Notes: generated from the letters alone by a model not told the origin. Counted from the whole stretch's first letter, positions 1 through 13,605 are shown. The stretch: 63,166 bases of DNA, filler included, from Rhabdomonas costata (GCA_019059605.1; 55 parts of 55 records of this genome joined end to end with filler, not necessarily neighbours in it), one strand, 5' to 3'. Program-made: numbers and translations.

Positions 1-216
1 GGGGGGGGTGTCTTTTGCGGTATAACGTTGCTATATGACGAAGGACAAAACTAAACCACGGACCACCTGGAAACCGAATTTTTGGCTCTGCTATTCGGCA
101 GACACCCAATTAATACTTTTTTAAAGGACCCATTTTGGGCTGCCTCCAAAAAACAAAGGGCGTTCTGGTTTCGCGTCTCTATCGATTGGAAGGGTGTTTT
201 GTTCCTCCCCCTTCAG

Positions 217-1040
217 GGAACGAGCCGTGCCCCCAGCCCCAGACCTCGGAGCACCTCGCGGCGGTGGAGATCATGAAGCTGAAGCACATTATCATCCTCC
301 AGAACAAGATCGACCTGGTCAAGGAGCCCGCGGCGCTGCAGCAGCACGAGGACATCCGGAGGTTTATCAAGGGCACCGTGGCCGACAGCAGCCCCATCGT
401 CCCGATCTCCGCGCAGCTGAAGTATAACATCGACGTGGTGTGTGAGTACATCTGCAAGTTCATTCCCGTGCCTCGCCGGTGTGCTTATGGATGTGTGGAA
501 ATTTGAGCGGTGTGGTTGTCTTCCGTGTGTGATGTAGCTTTTCAGTGATGAGTTTCCAGGCCACAGCGTGTTGAATTCGGAGTTGGAGGTTTGCCGGACT
601 CCTGCCGGAAAAATTGTCCAACTTAGATTTCCGTGGAAGCTGGAGCAAGGAAGCGATTAAACTCTCGCACACACTGGCACCTGGCTTCCTTACAGAATGG
701 CCAACGACCTCCACGACCGAAATCGGCCTTCGGATTTGGAAATCGAACAAGAGCAGTGTTTTTTTTCTTTTTGCTGGTCGCTGATGGGTAACTGACCGAA
801 CGTAACAGTCTGTGATTGATACTAATTTTTTTGGGGGGAAATCATGCCAAAATTCTCCATTTTTCTTGGGTTGTTTCAAGTCCAGCAGAAAATGGAATAG
901 AACTGTTGTCCTTCGGTCCCTTTGAATTTGAATTTCAATTCTGCAGGGAGTTCACGGCCTCCCCGCGGCTGATTGTGATCCGATCCTTCGATGTCAACAA
1001 GCCCGGGGAGGAGGTGGCCAACCTGAAGGGCGGGGTGGCC
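217..1040 (+). CDS. EIF2S3: Translation initiation factor eIF2 gamma, partial; exons 217-478 and 947-~1040
   Basis: [19 protein letters not shown]...ILQNKIDLV...[11 protein letters not shown], then [25 protein letters not shown] intron 479-946 keeps the frame. Confidence 0.95.
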
Positions 1041-1050
1041 ACAACCAAAA

Positions 1051-1150
1051 NNNNNNNNNNNNNNNNNNNNNNNNNNNNNNNNNNNNNNNNNNNNTTAATT
1101 AATTAANNNNNNNNNNNNNNNNNNNNNNNNNNNNNNNNNNNNNNNNNNNN
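1051..1150. other. Artificial contig spacer (N44-TTAATTAATTAA-N44); first of 54, spaced about 1150 nt apart
   Basis: Identical 100-nt N block with a 12-mer giving stops in all six frames, repeated at regular intervals. Confidence 0.99.
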
Positions 1151-1460
1151 GTGGGGGTTTCAGTCTCGTGTAAATTTTGCGAGTCAAAACCCGCTACGAG
1201 ACTGAAACCCGCTACTGCAACGGAAACCCACGGACATCCCAGGGGATGGGTGCATCGCCACCTAACCCCCGGCAAGTCTTCTACGAGAAATAAAACTTGA
1301 TGCCTTCATTTCCATTGGTTTCCGGTCGGTTTCCGGCTGGTTTCCGGCGGTTTCCACGGTTTCCGCTGGAAACGCGGGTTTCGACCAGCGGGTATAAGTC
1401 CGACGCCGGAGGGGGGGGGTGATGGCGAAATTTCAACGAAGTTTTAAGTCTTTATTACTC

Positions 1461-1608
1461 AAGCGGCGCAAGCGTTAAGAAAAATTGAGGATAGAGCTAC
1501 CAAGGGGCACAGGTGGGAACCGGCCTGAGGGTGCAAGGACCGGCCTGCGGCCTGCACAGCGTTTTTGGAGGTTCACTGTACATACAAAAGAACCCGGGAC
1601 TGCTTCGC
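1461..1608 (+). repeat. Dispersed repeat family B, copy 1
   Basis: Shares AAGCGGCGCAA..CCAAGGGGCAC..CAAGGACCGGCCT..CTGTAYATACAAAAGA..CTGCTTCG with the reverse complement of 44166-44304. Confidence 0.7.
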
Positions 1609-4448
1609 CCTCAACTAGGGAGATTAGATATTTACCGCATTCCCCAAAATAACATTCAACCAAGTTCCATTCTTGCCTACCGCTTTCTTACCGGTCTTTT
1701 TGAATCTTCCACCTTTTCACCACCATCTCCCGCTACCCCATAGAATCAGTCAACAAATTTCAGTGGCCACAACAAAAGAAGCCCAACCAGAGATCCGGTA
1801 TATTCGGACTTCCCAAGCCTGCAAATTATTTTTTTGTACCTCCGCCAGGATAAAAAACGAAAATGGCGAATACGTTCCATCTTTTTCATTCTGATCATGA
1901 TTGCTTCCGGTCCCCTTAACTACAGGGAATGGCAAAGCATACACCTCTCCCCACAACAGAGAGGTCAGGGCAGCGAGCATACACAGCAAAGTCACCAATG
2001 GAGAGGGAAGAGGAAAAGAAGAACGCAAGCCTGCACAGAGGGCAAGGGTTGGACAGGCATGAGGGAACACACAATAGTGAAGGAAGAAAAGGGCTCCACT
2101 ACTTTGAATGCAAAGTCGTCGACAGCCATAAAGTAGAAACTTCGAGTTCTGAAGGAGACAAACAAATCGCGACGTTAATGCGGGAAAACTACCACCACAA
2201 NNNNNNNNNNNNNNNNNNNNNNNNNNNNNNNNNNNNNNNNNNNNTTAATTAATTAANNNNNNNNNNNNNNNNNNNNNNNNNNNNNNNNNNNNNNNNNNNN
2301 GGGGTTGGGTAAGTCGAATCATCGCCCACACCCGCAATTCTCTCACACATTCGAAAAAGAGTGTCAATATGCTGACCGATGCTCTGCCTTCTTTATTAAT
2401 TCCATGCCCCAAGGTGGTGGTGGGGACACATACCCTGACGGAGAGGAATCGTCCCAGCTCAACCTCGCCGGGGTGAAGCTTGTCTCGGCGAGGCATTTCA
2501 GCAGACCGAAGAAAGGAGAAGAGAGATGTTGCAGACAATGGGAAAAACGATGGAATGGGGTGTGTAACTCAGTAACACGGCACAGAGGTAGCAGATGAAC
2601 GTGGCTAACTCAAGGGCAGGGGTGAGGGAGTACAAATAAAGCGTTAACGGCCAAGGGCAGTCGAAGTAGGGAGCAAGGCGAAGAGGAAGGGAGAGAGGAA
2701 AGGGGAGGGGGGGGGAGAAGGGGTTTAGGCTGAAGCTAACCAAATGAACTACAAAACACTGAAAAACCAAACCGCAGACGGGAAAGCACCCCTCCACCAT
2801 CACCACTTTCCTTTCTTCCGTTTGTTTCCTTCCGTTTTTCACCATCCTTGCGTGGAATCAATCACAGTCCCGAACTACCCCACTACCACTGAAGATCGAA
2901 GGTGCTCCCAAAAGAGGGACTTTTGGTTCCCGGGCTGCTGCACAGGCAGAGAGTAGTTCCGAGCACATGCATTAGCCCCGCGGTTGGATAGATTAGTGAT
3001 TGACAGTGAAGAACTGACACAGTCGAGGAATCTGGTCGCAAAGCGAAGCTGCAAGCCAGAGCCAAATACTCAGCATGGGTCTGGGCATGGGGAGATATCT
3101 TGGAGTCGTGTGCTGCTGGGTCGTGTCCTTTCGGTGGAGCTGAACAAAACGACAAATTCGAGGAATACTTATTCAACCGCATAGACCGAGACTTAACTGA
3201 AAACAAGGATGAAGCCGAATGACACAGGGACAGTGAGCGGGCCGAAAGAGACGGCTTTGTTTCTAGCCTCCAACAAAAAGCTATCAAATTCTCATGTACA
3301 ACCCGGTACTGAAAAAGGGTTTATCCCCCCCCCCAAACACACCCCAACACNNNNNNNNNNNNNNNNNNNNNNNNNNNNNNNNNNNNNNNNNNNNTTAATT
3401 AATTAANNNNNNNNNNNNNNNNNNNNNNNNNNNNNNNNNNNNNNNNNNNNTTTGTTTGTGGTGGAATTTTGTTTTGAACGTCCGCTCGGCCAGTTTTTTT
3501 TTACACCTGTGGGAAGTAGCTCAAGGGCAAGGCAAAAGGCAAAAGAAATGCTACCCACAGGTGTAAAAAAAAACTGGCCGAGCGGACGTTCAAAACAAAA
3601 TTCCACCATGAACAAAGGCAAAAAAAAAGCCGAGCAGTGCCATCACCTTGCTGCTGGGAGACGGAATGCAGGGGTGCGCGGGATGCCAATCCACACGCAG
3701 TGCATTGCGGGTGCCTTCACACTCAACAGTGTTCACTACAGTTTCAACATCCTCACAATTGCACAAAGCATCTCCGTACGAACGGTTCGGTGGTGAGAAA
3801 CCTGAACCAACGAAAGAAAGACAACACGAAACAAGAAAATAGACGGTCAGGAAAAATAATGAAAAATGAAAACCTGGAACGCAGTCTGTGGCTTTCGTGA
3901 AACCGAGAAGGTTCCGTCGGCCATTCACACACTCGCCAAAGTTAGTGCTGTAGTCGAAGACCGTACAGTTGCACGAAACAACGTGCAACGATGTGTCAAT
4001 GGCAAACTCAGGTCCGCATCTGCCAAAACGGAGTGAACGTGCCATGCCATGTACGCAGTTGTCTTTTTCGGCTAAAAGATGCTATCACAGTTCACAACAG
4101 TTCACGACATTCACAACAGTTCACACGAGTCTAAAAGGGTATACACTAGTGGCACAATAGAGTGTGCATTTGACAGCACCACAGTTCACAGCAGTTCACA
4201 AGACAAAATAATGAAGGATGAGCACAGATTCCACTGCAGCCTGAATGAATGCTCTTTCGGCTTTTCCTTGTTACAAGTGTGCGCGTGCAGCATAAGTTTT
4301 GCTGCAAAGAATGGAATCAACAAAAAAAGTATTGAACCTTAACCCACTGCGCAAAGAATAACTGAGCCGTCTTGTAAACGAAGCAGCATCACCTGAAAAC
4401 AACAAACTAAAGGAATGCAAATGATTTGGGTGAACTCGCCAACTCGCA

Positions 4449-4451
<3 letters not shown>

Positions 4452-4504
<53 letters not shown>
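4452..4504 (+). repeat. (CA)n microsatellite
   Basis: Seen directly; contig ends inside it. Confidence 0.95.
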
Positions 4505-4954
4505 NNNNNNNNNNNNNNNNNNNNNNNNNNNNNNNNNNNNNNNNNNNNTTAATTAATTAANNNNNNNNNNNNNNNNNNNNNNNNNNNNNNNNNNNNNNNN
4601 NNNNGGGGGGTGGTGGAAGGCAGACTGAAGGTATTACCTTGAAATGGGGAAAAGCACAATACATCCACTCACAAATGCTGGGGCTCTCATCTGCGGCGGA
4701 TGGCTGCTCTCAGCCGGGGAATGGCTCGAGCAACAGTGAAGGAGAGCAGGCCAAAAGATAAGCGATCCAGAAAAGGACATGTTTCCATAGAAGGTGTGTT
4801 TCGTGTGAGCACTGAGCACTGATCCCATGCGTTACTACCCCCGGCAGGGCGGTTGGATCTTCATCAACTCAACCTTTATGGGTCCTCTTCGTCGAGTTCT
4901 TTGCGGGCAATTCTGGGAACCCTCCCATCTCAGAGAGGGGGGGGGCGCTCGAAC

Positions 4955-5104
4955 CTCTTCGGCCTCCCGGAGCTGCTCCTGCCGCTGTTTCTCCCGCTGG
5001 GCCCTGGCCTGGGCCTCGGCTGCGGCTCGCTCCTTCTCCTCCCGTGCGCGGTGCTCCGCGCGCATGCTTTGTCGCAGCCGCTGCCGGACCTTCTCCCGAA
5101 GCTC
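4955..5104 (-). CDS. Internal exon of a charged coiled-coil protein
   Basis: ELREKVRQRLRQSMRAEHRAREEKERAAAEAQARAQREKQRQEQLREAEE between CAG| and |GTTCGA; GC3-rich. Confidence 0.6.
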
Positions 5105-5754
5105 CTGTTGGGGTTTGGGTTGTGTAGTTATGGTCACGGCAGAATTGGCGCCACCCCAAAAGAACTATCAGAACTATTTTGCACGAAGATACACTCCAGT
5201 GCTGGCCAAAAAGGAAAGAGTGTCTAACCTTAGCGTTTGTTTTGTTTTCTTTATATGGTGTGAACAGTACTCCATCCACCATTGGCGAGCACAACTGAGC
5301 GAACATTTTGTTCTCAGCCCCACAAAAAGCAGAAAGGAAGAACCTCACGTCAAGTATCTTCATTCGCATACGCGGATTAGAGGCAAAGAATTCGTCAATA
5401 TTGCAACCACGAGGAAGGCAAACGGCGGCGCTGGTGCAGCCAAGAAGCCTGAAAGACCCATATTTCTGCGACCGGTCCTTAGTGCCGGGATGTGCGGTGG
5501 CAAAAAAATTTTTTTCCATTTCATGATCCAAAGTACGTTACACCGTAAACTCAGAACTCCACCACAAGCTGCCCCCAGATTCAAACACGAACTCTATACA
5601 CCCCACTCCTCAAGTACCATTCCACAGAGCTTCACAATTCGCTTCAAAACCACCNNNNNNNNNNNNNNNNNNNNNNNNNNNNNNNNNNNNNNNNNNNNTT
5701 AATTAATTAANNNNNNNNNNNNNNNNNNNNNNNNNNNNNNNNNNNNNNNNNNNN

Positions 5755-5907
5755 GTGGGGTGGGGGCAGCTCCCCGGCCTTCTTCAAGGTGAGGTAGTAG
5801 TCGTAGTACTCTTGCAGCTGTCGCCGGGGCATCAGGTTAGGCAGGGTGCCCAGCACACGGTACTGCTGGATCGGTCCCCGGCGGGCTCGGGGTTGTTCTT
5901 CCTCGTC
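5755..5907 (-). CDS. Exon of an unknown protein
   Basis: After a pyrimidine tract and TAG|: DEEEQPRARRGPIQQYRVLGTLPNLMPRRQLQEYYDYYLTLKKAGELP; high GC3. Confidence 0.5.
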
Positions 5908-8900
5908 CTATGAAAAACAAACAACCTATAGAATGGACGGGAAAAGGAAAGCAAAGTACATGGTTAACAAAAGGTGTTTGCGAGGTATCAAGGGCGTGCG
6001 TCTACACCTGTAATCAATCGCACTGAATGGCATTGTCATCATTGCAATATTGCAATAGTTAAAGATAAAAAACAATGGGCGATCTTTACCGAGGTGATGG
6101 ACGTTCCCTTGGATTCGCACAGTGTCACCGTAACAGGTACCCGCATCCCCATCTCACCGCAAAAACTTTTCGCGAAGATTGGCCACAATTCGCGATCTGT
6201 GGCCGATTTGCACATATGCCGAAGTAAATTTGGCGTGGAGACAAAAACGCGGGAGAAACATCCCAGCAACGTGCCCAGAAGTCAGCAAAAGGAAAGCGAA
6301 TGAGAGATGGTGATGCACAGAAGCAGGTCACTCACAGGGGCACGCACTCAAGAAACTGTATAAGGGTAAGTAACAACTGGAAACTGAGAAAATGGGATGT
6401 GACCGTTTTTCCGAAGTCTTGTTACCCTTTGTGAATGCGGCTATCAGGGTATAGTGATGAAACCAGACAGTTTTCTGAGTTGGGTCCAGAAACAATAGGA
6501 CATAGAGTCCTTGAAGAGAAGTGCTTCTGCGCCTTTTTCTTTCTTGTGTTTCGCGATCGTGCAGATTTTACTAAAACGAGTATTAAAACAACAACCGTAG
6601 AATCCGTGATCAACGGCTTATGTTGAGGGGAATGTGAACTTCAGGTTTGAACTCAGCTCTGTTCTGTGGTGGAGTTCAAAGTTTACGGAGTAGCATACTT
6701 CGCCAATAGTTCGCCATTGCCAGCTTCACCACTTCAGCACTACACCCTCGCATCCCCACCCAATAAATACACACTGACCTCCGCAATGTCCAGCATCACC
6801 ACACNNNNNNNNNNNNNNNNNNNNNNNNNNNNNNNNNNNNNNNNNNNNTTAATTAATTAANNNNNNNNNNNNNNNNNNNNNNNNNNNNNNNNNNNNNNNN
6901 NNNNTTGTGTTTGTCAATCATGCTGTAATAGTGGTGACTGATGAATGATGTTTGCTGTGTCCCGTTTGCTTTTGCAGCTTTATTACTCGACTGAATGCTT
7001 GTTTTTTGTAAGATACAATACTTGGAATACATACAGATTTGAAGGCTCAGAAATGTACTGTTAATTAAAGAATTTGACCGCGTGTGATCGCGTATGTTTG
7101 CGTATATTTATATTAGTTTTGTTTGTGATAAATGAATAACTGATGTATCGTTGGCGTGTACCATCAAACGCCGTAGGAGACTGACGTGTAGCGAATGTGA
7201 TAATATATTGAAAGTGCAAATTTATGTTTCCAGTCGACCAGAAATCTGCAATTTTTAGAATTAGTGGAACTTTTTAACCACAAATCAGCTGAAAGTATTT
7301 GTGCTGAGTATAGTATTGATGTTCAAAGTCTTTAGGTTGATAATGTATGATCTGTTGACCACAATTGTCCTCCAGTTTGCAACATGCAGTTGAAGATGTT
7401 TACTTAATTTGCGAACTTGCAGCTACGTACATTTGAAAGTGTGTAATAAATCAAATTATTTCTTCAGATGGAGTTAAAAATGTCTCAACAAAACAACAAC
7501 CAGTGTTAAAAATGGCAGCAAAAACAGTTAAGTAAAGGTAATTAAAAGAGATAATTGTAGATTTTCTGTGTATGTGTCTTGAAAGTGTCTAGATCTTTAA
7601 AGGCATTCAACAAACTGGTTGCTATGCCTTTACGTTCAACAAAGTCAACTTTATAAGTATATCCGGTATTACTATGCTATTGTGCCCAAAGTGTACCGGA
7701 ACGTTCCCGTAGGTTCCCCACGGACCCTCCTCCTGATTTAAGTCTCCATAACCCTCCGCGAGACTAACTAATATACAAAAACGGCACGGACACATCTCAA
7801 TCACTGGAATTAGCCGTCCACAAAACACGTGCTACTGTCTCTATACCTGAGCCATCCCAGCTCGTACTCTGTTTCAACTCGCTAAGAGCTCTTTTCATTA
7901 CTTGTGTTGTCGCCATCTGATTCTTATTCATCAAACGCAAGGCCTCTGCCAACTNNNNNNNNNNNNNNNNNNNNNNNNNNNNNNNNNNNNNNNNNNNNTT
8001 AATTAATTAANNNNNNNNNNNNNNNNNNNNNNNNNNNNNNNNNNNNNNNNNNNNTTGTGGGTGTGGGTCCGTGAGCATCACCATCACCACAATAAACGGC
8101 ATCCAGGAGAAACACAACTAAAATTCAGAGAAGAGTTTAGCCACCGAGGCAAAACACTGTGCTTACCTTGGTGGCCAAGAAGGATGGACTTTGTTGTGTG
8201 CTTTCTTTTGCTGGCCTTTTCCTTGTTATGTTTTATCAGATTGTTTCATTCATTCCATTATTTTTCTCTTACGCCTTTTGTTTTTACTGCTGTGTGGTTA
8301 CTGCTGTGTGGGTGTGTACTTACGCTTTAGCCGCTTTTATATTACACAATGATTTCTTCGCTTCTTTTCCATTCTCCACTTCATCCTGGGCGGTGTGTTC
8401 CACACCAGCGGAGGCACGTATTAGACGATGTGGCCCATCACTAGGACATGAGGCCAAAAGCTGTTGCCGGCGCCTCATCCGGTGTTTGATTTACTGAATT
8501 CTAGCAGGTGTTTTGAATTAGGTGCCCGTACTGCAGACGCTTGATTATGATAAATTCCAAGGATAGGTTCCCTCTTCCAACAGAAGCATTGCATGTCAAA
8601 GAAAGTGAAATAACTTAAGTCAAAATCTTATATTCTCAAGATTTACACAGTTGACACAAAGAAAATTATTGCACTGTTGGACGCGTTGAATAGATGGATC
8701 TTGGTGTACATTTAACCGAAATTATCCATTCCGTATGCCACAAAATTTTCCAAAAACCACGGCCTTCACACACCACTGGTGGTAGTAAAAACGCCACAGC
8801 TGTACACTTAGTTGAACATTTCCCACAATCTTGTCAAAAATAACACACAGCATGTTGATACCAGAGGACAATTTCACGCTTAGGTTGTGGGTTTCTACTC

Positions 8901-10090
8901 TGAATATGACAACAACTCAGCCATTCTATTATTGTTTGTTTCAGATCAGTTGCCAGTGGTCTCTGCTGTGCGTTTTCACGTACATATAACCTCAATTAAT
9001 TCGCCTGTTTCGTTTGTGAAAAGAAACGCCCACATCCAAACATGACTTTCAGCCAGATTATCTGCGCAAACAATTCCAAAATAGTGGCATAACTACACAA
9101 AAAANNNNNNNNNNNNNNNNNNNNNNNNNNNNNNNNNNNNNNNNNNNNTTAATTAATTAANNNNNNNNNNNNNNNNNNNNNNNNNNNNNNNNNNNNNNNN
9201 NNNNGTGTGTTGTGATAGCGACACAAAATGACGATAGCGACGAAAAATGTTGATAGCGTTCGCTGTCGCTTGTGAAAGACGATAGCAAGCGCTATCACCA
9301 GGGAGGGGATGGCTTCAACCCTCGCAAACAAGCCTCGCTCACCCGTTGCTGGACGCGTACACCCCGCTTGAAGAGTCCGAGGTCCGAGGTCCTGGTGCAT
9401 GAGGCACGCGGGTGTACGCGTCCAGGACCTCGGACCTCGGACTCTTCAAGCGGGGTGTCGAGCTGTTTGCCTCAGGGCCAGCAGACCACTCGGTGATGTC
9501 TTCATTAGCCAACTTCTGACTTCCCTTACCTCAACGAATACCAGCTGAGCAGTGCACCTGGCCTTTCGTTTCTTTACGTTTGGTTGCTGTTGCGGGTGGG
9601 GTTGTGGATCGGGATCACCCCCACGAGGCAGGAGCGGCCACAGTGTTATTGGACAGTGAAGCAGAAGAGCCTGCGTTCTTCCGATCTGCCGACTGCAGCC
9701 GCACACCCACACCCCGCAATAATCCGACCCCTCCCGTTGTATGCATTGGCCTGCACTTGGCAACCCCAAACAACGTACGCACGTAGCCACGCGGCTCTCA
9801 TGTAATGTGCGCAGTAGAAACCCTGAACCCTGTGAACGCTGCCATTTAACCGCGCGCTGCACATTCGTGCACGTGGTTGCTTCTTTCTTGCCCGTGGGCA
9901 ATACGGAACTTTTCGGGAAAAAAAGCGAAAAAGAAGACGAAGAAGCACCCAGGTGAGCAGACAAAAGCAGCCTTTTCCCTCCGGCCCTGTTTGATTAGAC
10001 CATTAAACATTAACAATTGATTATAACCAACTAGGTTCTTTAGTTACAGCGCTCCCCAACAAAAAAAAAGAGAGGCTCAAACTAGCGCAC

Positions 10091-10250
10091 CTTCTTGAGC
10101 TTCACAATGTTGTGCTCGTCTTTGGACAAGCTATTCAGCCGGGTCAAAATTTCGGTCTCCACTTTCGCCTGCTGGAAGAATTGGACCTTGTTCTTGATCA
10201 ACTTCACAGCAACAACTTCATCTCGCTTGCGGTCATGGGCTTTCAAAACC
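10091..10250 (-). CDS. DYRK/Yak1-type protein kinase exon (subdomains II-IV)
   Basis: LKAHDRKRDEVVAVKLIKNKVQFFQQAKVETEILTRLN...HNIVKLKK then |GTGCGC donor. Confidence 0.85.
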
Positions 10251-10884
10251 ACCANNNNNNNNNNNNNNNNNNNNNNNNNNNNNNNNNNNNNNNNNNNNTT
10301 AATTAATTAANNNNNNNNNNNNNNNNNNNNNNNNNNNNNNNNNNNNNNNNNNNNGTTGGTGGCAAATAGCAGCTAGAGATGATCCAGAAATTTATTTAGT
10401 TGAGGAAACGAAAAACAGATTTCCCATCCCGCACAGTCCCCTCTTTCCTCAACTAAATAAATTTCTGGATCATCTCTAGCTGCTATTTGCCACTAGCCCG
10501 CCCGTTCGAGGGCGCATGCTGCCACTACGTCGCGGCCCAAGGCAGACCGCGATATTGTAGCAAACAACTTCACTACATGTGTCCCACTTCCCTTGCTCAC
10601 ACGCAGTCCTGTGTGCTGGTTCATAGTTAAATGAAACTTAAACCTCCTGCAGCTGAAATTAAGATGCGAAAAGCCCCATGAAGCGCCCTCGTCTGGAGGT
10701 AGTACCATAACAAAAATACCCGAAATGCCCACATTCCACAAGATTTTACCAGACGTTTTTTTTCGAAAAGAGAGAGATTACAAGCCGACGCCATACTTAT
10801 CGGCTCTGGTGCAGGATGTATGTTCCCCACCTCCAAAAGAAGGGGAAAAATATGGTAGTGGACAGAGCGCTTGGCACTTCAAAC

Positions 10885-11065
10885 CTGCATCTGCATTTGC
10901 TGAAGTTGCATCTGCTGCTGCTGAGCAAGGAGGTACTGCTGGGCGGCCTGCTTGACCCATGCCACGCTGGTCTCCCGCCCGTTGTTGTTAATGATCTCGG
11001 TCAGGAGGTACGTGGCCATCTGCACCGCGGTTGGGGGCCCGGTGATGACGACTTGGACAGGTTGT
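10885..11065 (-). CDS. Exon: C-terminal part of a KH-like domain plus Q-rich tract
   Basis: QVVITGPPTAVQMATYLLTEII...QQQQMQLQQMQMQ with AG/GT borders. Confidence 0.6.
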
Positions 11066-12659
11066 CTGCAAGAAAGAAACCGAAACAGCCTAGCTAACAG
11101 AAACGGCGCACGGTGAAGTGGTAAAGAAGGCCAAAATAACGTAAAAGAACGGTTCGACCAGGCGGTGGGAGGAATCATCCAACCTCATAGACACTTATCA
11201 ATAAGTCAGCAAAACCAACTCCAACTCAGTACCCCTGAGAAAGTCCAGAAACAACTCGAGGAGGCATTGCAATGTTCAAGCGCTGCAACCAGAATGCTTG
11301 TTTGCGCCAGCCAGGCTCTGTAACTCTGCAGGACGTTATCACCACATCGTAACCACTTTTGATGGACCAAACACGTGGCCTGTTTTCGGAAACGCCACCA
11401 AAAANNNNNNNNNNNNNNNNNNNNNNNNNNNNNNNNNNNNNNNNNNNNTTAATTAATTAANNNNNNNNNNNNNNNNNNNNNNNNNNNNNNNNNNNNNNNN
11501 NNNNTTGTTGGGGGACGCCAGATAAGCGGCTGCCTGTCAGTGTACGCTTCGGTGCTGCAGACGGCAAGGCAAAGTCCCAGAAGTATCACAGCAGAGCCTC
11601 TCAATACCATACCTCGACGCCCCCACCCCCAACAACATCACTTTCAATCTGACACAGGACTGTTCCATAATGTTGGAGAGGGGGTTGATAAACCCCCTCA
11701 GGGGTCAGCCCGTTCACATTACCCATTTGCTCCCAGTGTCACACGCAGTTTGAGGAGTTGTTTGACGAACGGAGGTGCACCCAAAAGCCCGGAAGCTGAC
11801 GCTGAGCAGACCTCTGGCGAGGGCCTTTGCCTCTCTCGGGACTCGCACACGGAGTGGTCCCGCGCAAGAATGCTCGCCAGCTGTGCACAGTAGTCCACGA
11901 GCAGAGGGGACCTGCTGCCCAGACCCTCGCCGCCGTCCCTACATCGTGAAAGGGGGGAAGCATGAGAACCCCCGGCACTCACCTCCCTTCTTGCACACCC
12001 TTAGCTTCCAAACGTGAGCGCCCTCACAACCCAACAGCTGCAAAAAAAAAACTACACCACATCACACCATACTCCCAACGATATATCGCGGCGGACACTT
12101 TTATCACTTTCATTTGAAGAGCACATGGTGATCTTAATTTTTGTGGTTTTTTTTGGGTTTGCAGGCATTTTCCAGGGGAGAAGCTGGTGTCAGGTATCCA
12201 TTAGTTCGGTCACAATCTCACTTTTTGCGCTCGCCAAATAAAAGCGTCCACCGTGACATCATCACGGGAAGTCTATGAATTATCTATGAGTTGAGGAAAA
12301 CACACCACAACAGCACCGGAAAGAATGGGCCACGCCACGGAAGAGAAAAATGTGAAAAGAAAGTGCTGGTGGGCAAGCCTTTGCAGGGGTAGCGTCACAA
12401 CCGCCGGGGCCTGGCCACGCTCCAGCCGAACAAGGTGCAGGGAGCGCCGATCTACAAAAACAATTGGAGATGATGAGAACCTTGAAAATTGCAGCTGTGA
12501 ACACCACTCAAACAATTAAGGAAAGTCTGCCACACCAACCCAAACACACCCACCACNNNNNNNNNNNNNNNNNNNNNNNNNNNNNNNNNNNNNNNNNNNN
12601 TTAATTAATTAANNNNNNNNNNNNNNNNNNNNNNNNNNNNNNNNNNNNNNNNNNNNGGG

Positions 12660-12897
12660 TTGGGGGGTACGCCCCGTGGGCAAGCTCTGCCCATCGCCGG
12701 CACACAGTGCATACGCTGCTATGGCTGCGCACAAAGTCAAACACGGCTTCCAAGAGATGAGGATGCCTGAACAGCGGCAGGAGACTTGTGCATCCAGGCC
12801 GCCTTTGCCTTTGTGGCGCACGGCGCAGCATGTTATGAGAATGGACCTCTCGCCACTCACTGCAACGAGATTTCCCCTTGTCTTCTGAGGAATCCAT
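12660..12897 (-). CDS. N-terminal exon with an F-box-like motif
   Basis: LLPLFRHPHLLEAVFDFV...VCRRWAELA resembles the F-box consensus; long pyrimidine tract upstream of the ATG. Confidence 0.4.
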
Positions 12898-13545
12898 GCA
12901 ACCGGTAGACGCGAGATTTGCAAAATAAACTCGAAAAGGGGGCACTCTTCCGAGCAAATAGAAAAGAAAAACCAGGAATGGAGAAGAGGAGGAAGGGAAA
13001 AGAGATAACAGCTAGACAAAAAAACAATAAACGAGCTGCCAGGGAGGCAAGGAAGACGAAACCTGCGAGCGGCAGGAGGAAAGCAAAATTTGGGGAGAAA
13101 CATATTGTCCTTGGGACTTTGCTTTTCGGATTTCTTGTCTTAACTTCTACGCTTGACTACAGAGAGAAAGAGTTTCTCAGTAAAACTGCAAACATTAAGA
13201 AACCACATAGAGCTTGAAAAAGGGCACCAACAAACATCAAACCAGCAAGAGCGTAGGAAAGGCCAACAGCTTATTCTGATCACTTCCACGCCACATGACA
13301 AAAATTCCATTCACGGACCTTGGGGAAACGTTTTTGGACCATGTCATGCCACGCGCGGAACCCTTAAGCAAGCTCGTTAAAACGACCCCTTTGGGGGGTC
13401 ATCAAGATACGCCCCGTTCGTTAGGTGACCCTGACACTGCCCATGGCAGCCGATCCCTAGATGGCGTGGGCACACATAATGCGACTGACACGAAACGGAA
13501 ACCTTTTTTGAGGAATAGTTTTCAGCGAACATTGGAAGAGAAAAT

Positions 13546-13605
13546 ACGGTGTCAGTATCGTATAGTATCGTATAGTATCGTATAGTATACGGTGTCAGTA
13601 TAGTA
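13546..13605 (+). repeat. Minisatellite (GTATCGTATA)x3 bracketed by direct repeat ATACGGTGTCAGTAT
   Basis: Seen directly. Confidence 0.8.

Noticed and set aside
1041..1160. G/T-only contig starts and A/C-only contig ends, resembling telomeres of ~1-kb nanochromosomes or minicircles
   Set aside because: There is no fixed repeat unit, the runs cut through exons, and the uniform length reflects size-sorted contigs; this fits degenerate G/T amplification primers
3458..3608. Perfect ~55-bp inverted repeat; similar ones at 10359-10493, 13638-13697, 21569-21752, 26181-26346, 44681-44765 and 60713-60862
   Set aside because: All are perfect or near-perfect, unrelated to each other, and have one arm at a contig edge: fold-back amplification chimeras
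6905..7954. AT-rich contig with TGATGA/CTGA motifs (box C/D-like) and a GC-richer island at ~7680-7900
   Set aside because: I could not identify a convincing rRNA antisense element or a recognisable RNA or transposon; needs Infernal/Dfam
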